DNA of 64,000 nucleotides from an uncultured bacterium (GTDB lineage Bacteria; Krumholzibacteriota; Krumholzibacteriia; Krumholzibacteriales; Krumholzibacteriaceae): NCBI GenBank assembly GCA_965371515.1, contig CBDUYR010000006.1, positions 4,475 to 68,474 of the forward strand, read 5' to 3'. Shown piece by piece: positions 61,571 to 64,000 of this stretch (position 1 is its first letter; each line of letters starts with the position of its first letter). The notes under the pieces were generated by a model. It saw only the letters and a program-made list of their open reading frames with translations, ran no database searches and was not told where the DNA came from. The position numbers and the translations under genes were made by a program.

Positions 61571-62401
61571 CTATTCCTGAAGGACGAGCTCGCCGCCCCA
61601 CGCCGGGATCCAGCACCTCGCCCCGTCTTCCAGCTCAATATACCACCAGTCGGGTCTCCGCTCGAGCAGACCGAACTCGGTCCCCGAATAGAGCGGAGCG
61701 GTGAAAGACGGCTGGTAAGTCTCGGCATCGCCCTTCCTGGCGACGACCTCCGGGGCCGTGACGATGCCTGCCGGGTTTCTCGTCAGTGATACTTTCTCCC
61801 AGATGAGCGATATCAGAAAGACGACGCATACGACAGCCAGCGATATGATCATAGTCCTCATCAATCCGCGCTGGCGGAATACGGCGATGATCGCCGCGCC
61901 CCACAGCAACACGAAGGCACCGAGGAATATCCCGAACCTCACCCTTGTCGGTACGTCGTAGTGGAGGAAAAAGAGCGTCTTGAAGACCCGGTCGCGCTGC
62001 TGGGCCTCGACCCGGTTGATCCGCCTGCTTCTCGCGAACTGTAAATTTTGCTTGAGGTTGGGATCGGCTGGATTATAGAGCTCCGATCGCTTGTAGTTCA
62101 GTATCGCCCGGCCCATGTCGTCGAGCCTGAACCAGGCGTTCCCGATGTTGTAGTAGAGCTTTCCGTTGTGCACACCGGAGGCTGTGAGGCGCTCGTAGTG
62201 GAGTATCGCCTTCCGGTAATAGTCCCTGGCCGCTTCGGGATCGGTCATGTCGAGCTCGATCGCCCTGCCGAAAGCCTCTTCGGCGGAGGCGAGATGCTCC
62301 TCAGTCATCGAGGCGGACAATATCTCCTGCGATGCCGCCGGCAAGGCGAGCATTATCAATGTGACAAACAATGTTGTCCTTATGCCGACATTGCCGATCA
62401 A
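61571..62401 (-). CDS. BatE-like TPR/SH3 protein
   Basis: LYYNIGNAWFRLDDMGRAILNYKR, 2 TM, LYSGTEF..WWYIELEDG..WIP. Confidence 0.75.
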   Translation of the reverse strand: MIGNVGIRTTLFVTLIMLALPAASQEILSASMTEEHLASAEEAFGRAIELDMTDPEAARDYYRKAILHYERLTASGVHNGKLYYNIGNAWFRLDDMGRAILNYKRSELYNPADPNLKQNLQFARSRRINRVEAQQRDRVFKTLFFLHYDVPTRVRFGIFLGAFVLLWGAAIIAVFRQRGLMRTMIISLAVVCVVFLISLIWEKVSLTRNPAGIVTAPEVVARKGDAETYQPSFTAPLYSGTEFGLLERRPDWWYIELEDGARCWIPAWGGELVLQE

Positions 62402-64000
62402 AGCACCCTGTCCAGTTTCCGGGCCATCTCCCTGGCCCTGTCGACGAGTCTCTCCCTGCCATCTACTGCGGACCCGCCCGCATAGGCACCGTACTCGCAG
62501 CTCGAAAGCAGATCTTTCACCTCGTCCGAGAACTCTCCGTCTATCCCGCGCTCCGAAAGGAGCCTTTCTATTTCATTTGTTGTCAACGACCTGCCCGCGA
62601 TCCGCAGCTTGTCGCCGAGATACATCTTGAACGAATCCATCACCCCGCTGCAGAAGGTCTCGTCGCTGTCAGCGGCTGAAAGCCCGGCCAGCCTGCCGCG
62701 CAGTTTGCGCAGAGCACTCCGCGACTTCGCCGCATCCGGGTCGGCCGATCTCTTCCTCGAAACGGTTACGACACCGAGGACAAGCAACCACGCAAGGGGC
62801 GGTACGACGAGCATGAGCTTCACCCTCGCCTCGGAAAGTATCGAATCGAGTCCGAAATCCTGTGCCTCGATCACTCCAGTACCTTCGTAGTTGTACGCGA
62901 TACCGGCCTTCCACTTCTCGAGCGGCGTCCCGCGGTCAACGCTGTCTATCCCCTCAGCGTCGCCGGCCGTTACTATCCTCGTCTTCCTTACAGCGACGGG
63001 GATCGGATCCGAAACGGCGGTCACATACTCTTCCTTCGCCGTATCAAAATAGACGAGGCTTATCTGCGGGATCCTCTCGACCTGGTCGTTCTTCGCACGG
63101 ATCGTCTGCGTGAATACCTTGCGCCTGCCCTCGATCCTTCCCGGCGCCCTCTCGTCGGGGATCTTGAAGTTCTCAGCGAGTTCCTCCTGGCCGGCGAGCG
63201 ACGGCAGATCGACGAGGCCGAGATAATCGGGCCCTTCGAGGATTACGTTGAGCGTTATCGGATCGCCGATATTTACTTCTACCGGCTCGGCGGTAGCGGA
63301 GATCCTGTACTCCCCCACGTGCCCGGCGAACCCGGCAGGCCTGCCCTCTACGGGCAGCGCCCTTACGCCGAGGCTAAGCGCGTTGGACGGTACTACATAC
63401 TTTCGCAGGCTTCCCTTCCATCTGCCGAGGACATCGTCCCCGAAAAAATCGTTGATGAAGTCGCGGCGATTCCTCATGCCGGTGCCCGACTCGCAGGCAA
63501 CGATAACCTCGGGGATGACGAATGTGCCCGGGCGCCCGGGGATCACGGCGATGCTGAACTCGAGCGTGGCGTAGCTCTCCCCGTCGAGCATTCCCTTTCC
63601 CTTCTCGGCGATCACCTCCCGGCCGGCGAGCGGTATGCGGTAGTACTTCTTTGCGGGATCTATCTTCACCTCGGGAGCCTCGAACGAGAAAGCGTCGCTG
63701 GAGAGAAGGGGCGCGGTGAACTCGAATGCCTGTACGTCGCGGCGCAGGTACCAGGTGACGGTCAGCAAAACAGGCTCGCCGACGAAGCATGTCTCCCGCG
63801 ACAGCCTGATCCTCAGTTTGAAGTCTTCCGTCTCCTCGGGACGTTTGACCGAGATGGTGATCGGGCCGGTACGAAAGGTCGTCCCCTCTACCTTGACGTC
63901 GATCGACGGGATCGTCAGCCTCCCCGCCCTCTGGGGCGTGAGTTTGTAGGTGAAGACGAAACCCTTCTGGACGTTCCTCTCGACGCGGCCGTTGATTATC
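62398..64000 (-). CDS. BatD-like protein (5' end outside window)
   Basis: Repeated Ig-like modules, LP.EGRP..F.G.VG, IPQISLVYFD, C-terminal TM; next to BatE-like gene. Confidence 0.8.
   Translation of the reverse strand, partial: IINGRVERNVQKGFVFTYKLTPQRAGRLTIPSIDVKVEGTTFRTGPITISVKRPEETEDFKLRIRLSRETCFVGEPVLLTVTWYLRRDVQAFEFTAPLLSSDAFSFEAPEVKIDPAKKYYRIPLAGREVIAEKGKGMLDGESYATLEFSIAVIPGRPGTFVIPEVIVACESGTGMRNRRDFINDFFGDDVLGRWKGSLRKYVVPSNALSLGVRALPVEGRPAGFAGHVGEYRISATAEPVEVNIGDPITLNVILEGPDYLGLVDLPSLAGQEELAENFKIPDERAPGRIEGRRKVFTQTIRAKNDQVERIPQISLVYFDTAKEEYVTAVSDPIPVAVRKTRIVTAGDAEGIDSVDRGTPLEKWKAGIAYNYEGTGVIEAQDFGLDSILSEARVKLMLVVPPLAWLLVLGVVTVSRKRSADPDAAKSRSALRKLRGRLAGLSAADSDETFCSGVMDSFKMYLGDKLRIAGRSLTTNEIERLLSERGIDGEFSDEVKDLLSSCEYGAYAGGSAVDGRERLVDRAREMARKLDRVL

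Overview
A 64-kb, GC-rich bacterial chromosome segment with three short AT-rich patches (about 5.6-6.8 kb, 23.5-25.4 kb and 37.6-37.8 kb). Outer-membrane beta-barrels, TonB/ExbBD, BatD/E and a secreted protein ending in a QNYPNPFNP/FlgD-Ig-like domain suggest a diderm FCB-group organism, possibly Latescibacterota/Krumholzibacteriota-like (inference). Main content: (1) glnA-gatE-gatD, i.e. the normally archaeal GatDE Glu-tRNA(Gln) amidotransferase in a bacterial context; (2) an unannotated 26-codon peptide gene (MLHFTSIAMIIALMIAGKSVWGKSVW) with a sigma54-type layout (three palindromic upstream sites, IHF-like site, -24/-12 box, RBS, terminator), lying between surface-glycan genes and a UbiA/MenA prenyltransferase; (3) an AT-rich islet with a lipoprotein bearing a bacteriocin-like Gly-rich tail plus a small membrane protein; (4) an ion/solute transport cluster next to an anaerobic sulfatase maturase and a trigger-factor paralog lacking the PPIase domain; (5) a complete V/A-type ATPase operon ending in a USP gene; (6) a DUF3524/GTDC1-like glycosyltransferase; (7) a degenerate attC-like site. 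I recognised no tRNA, rRNA, CRISPR array or transposase. All calls come from motif recognition by eye; no database searches were run, and start codons that differ from the ORF track are my own picks.
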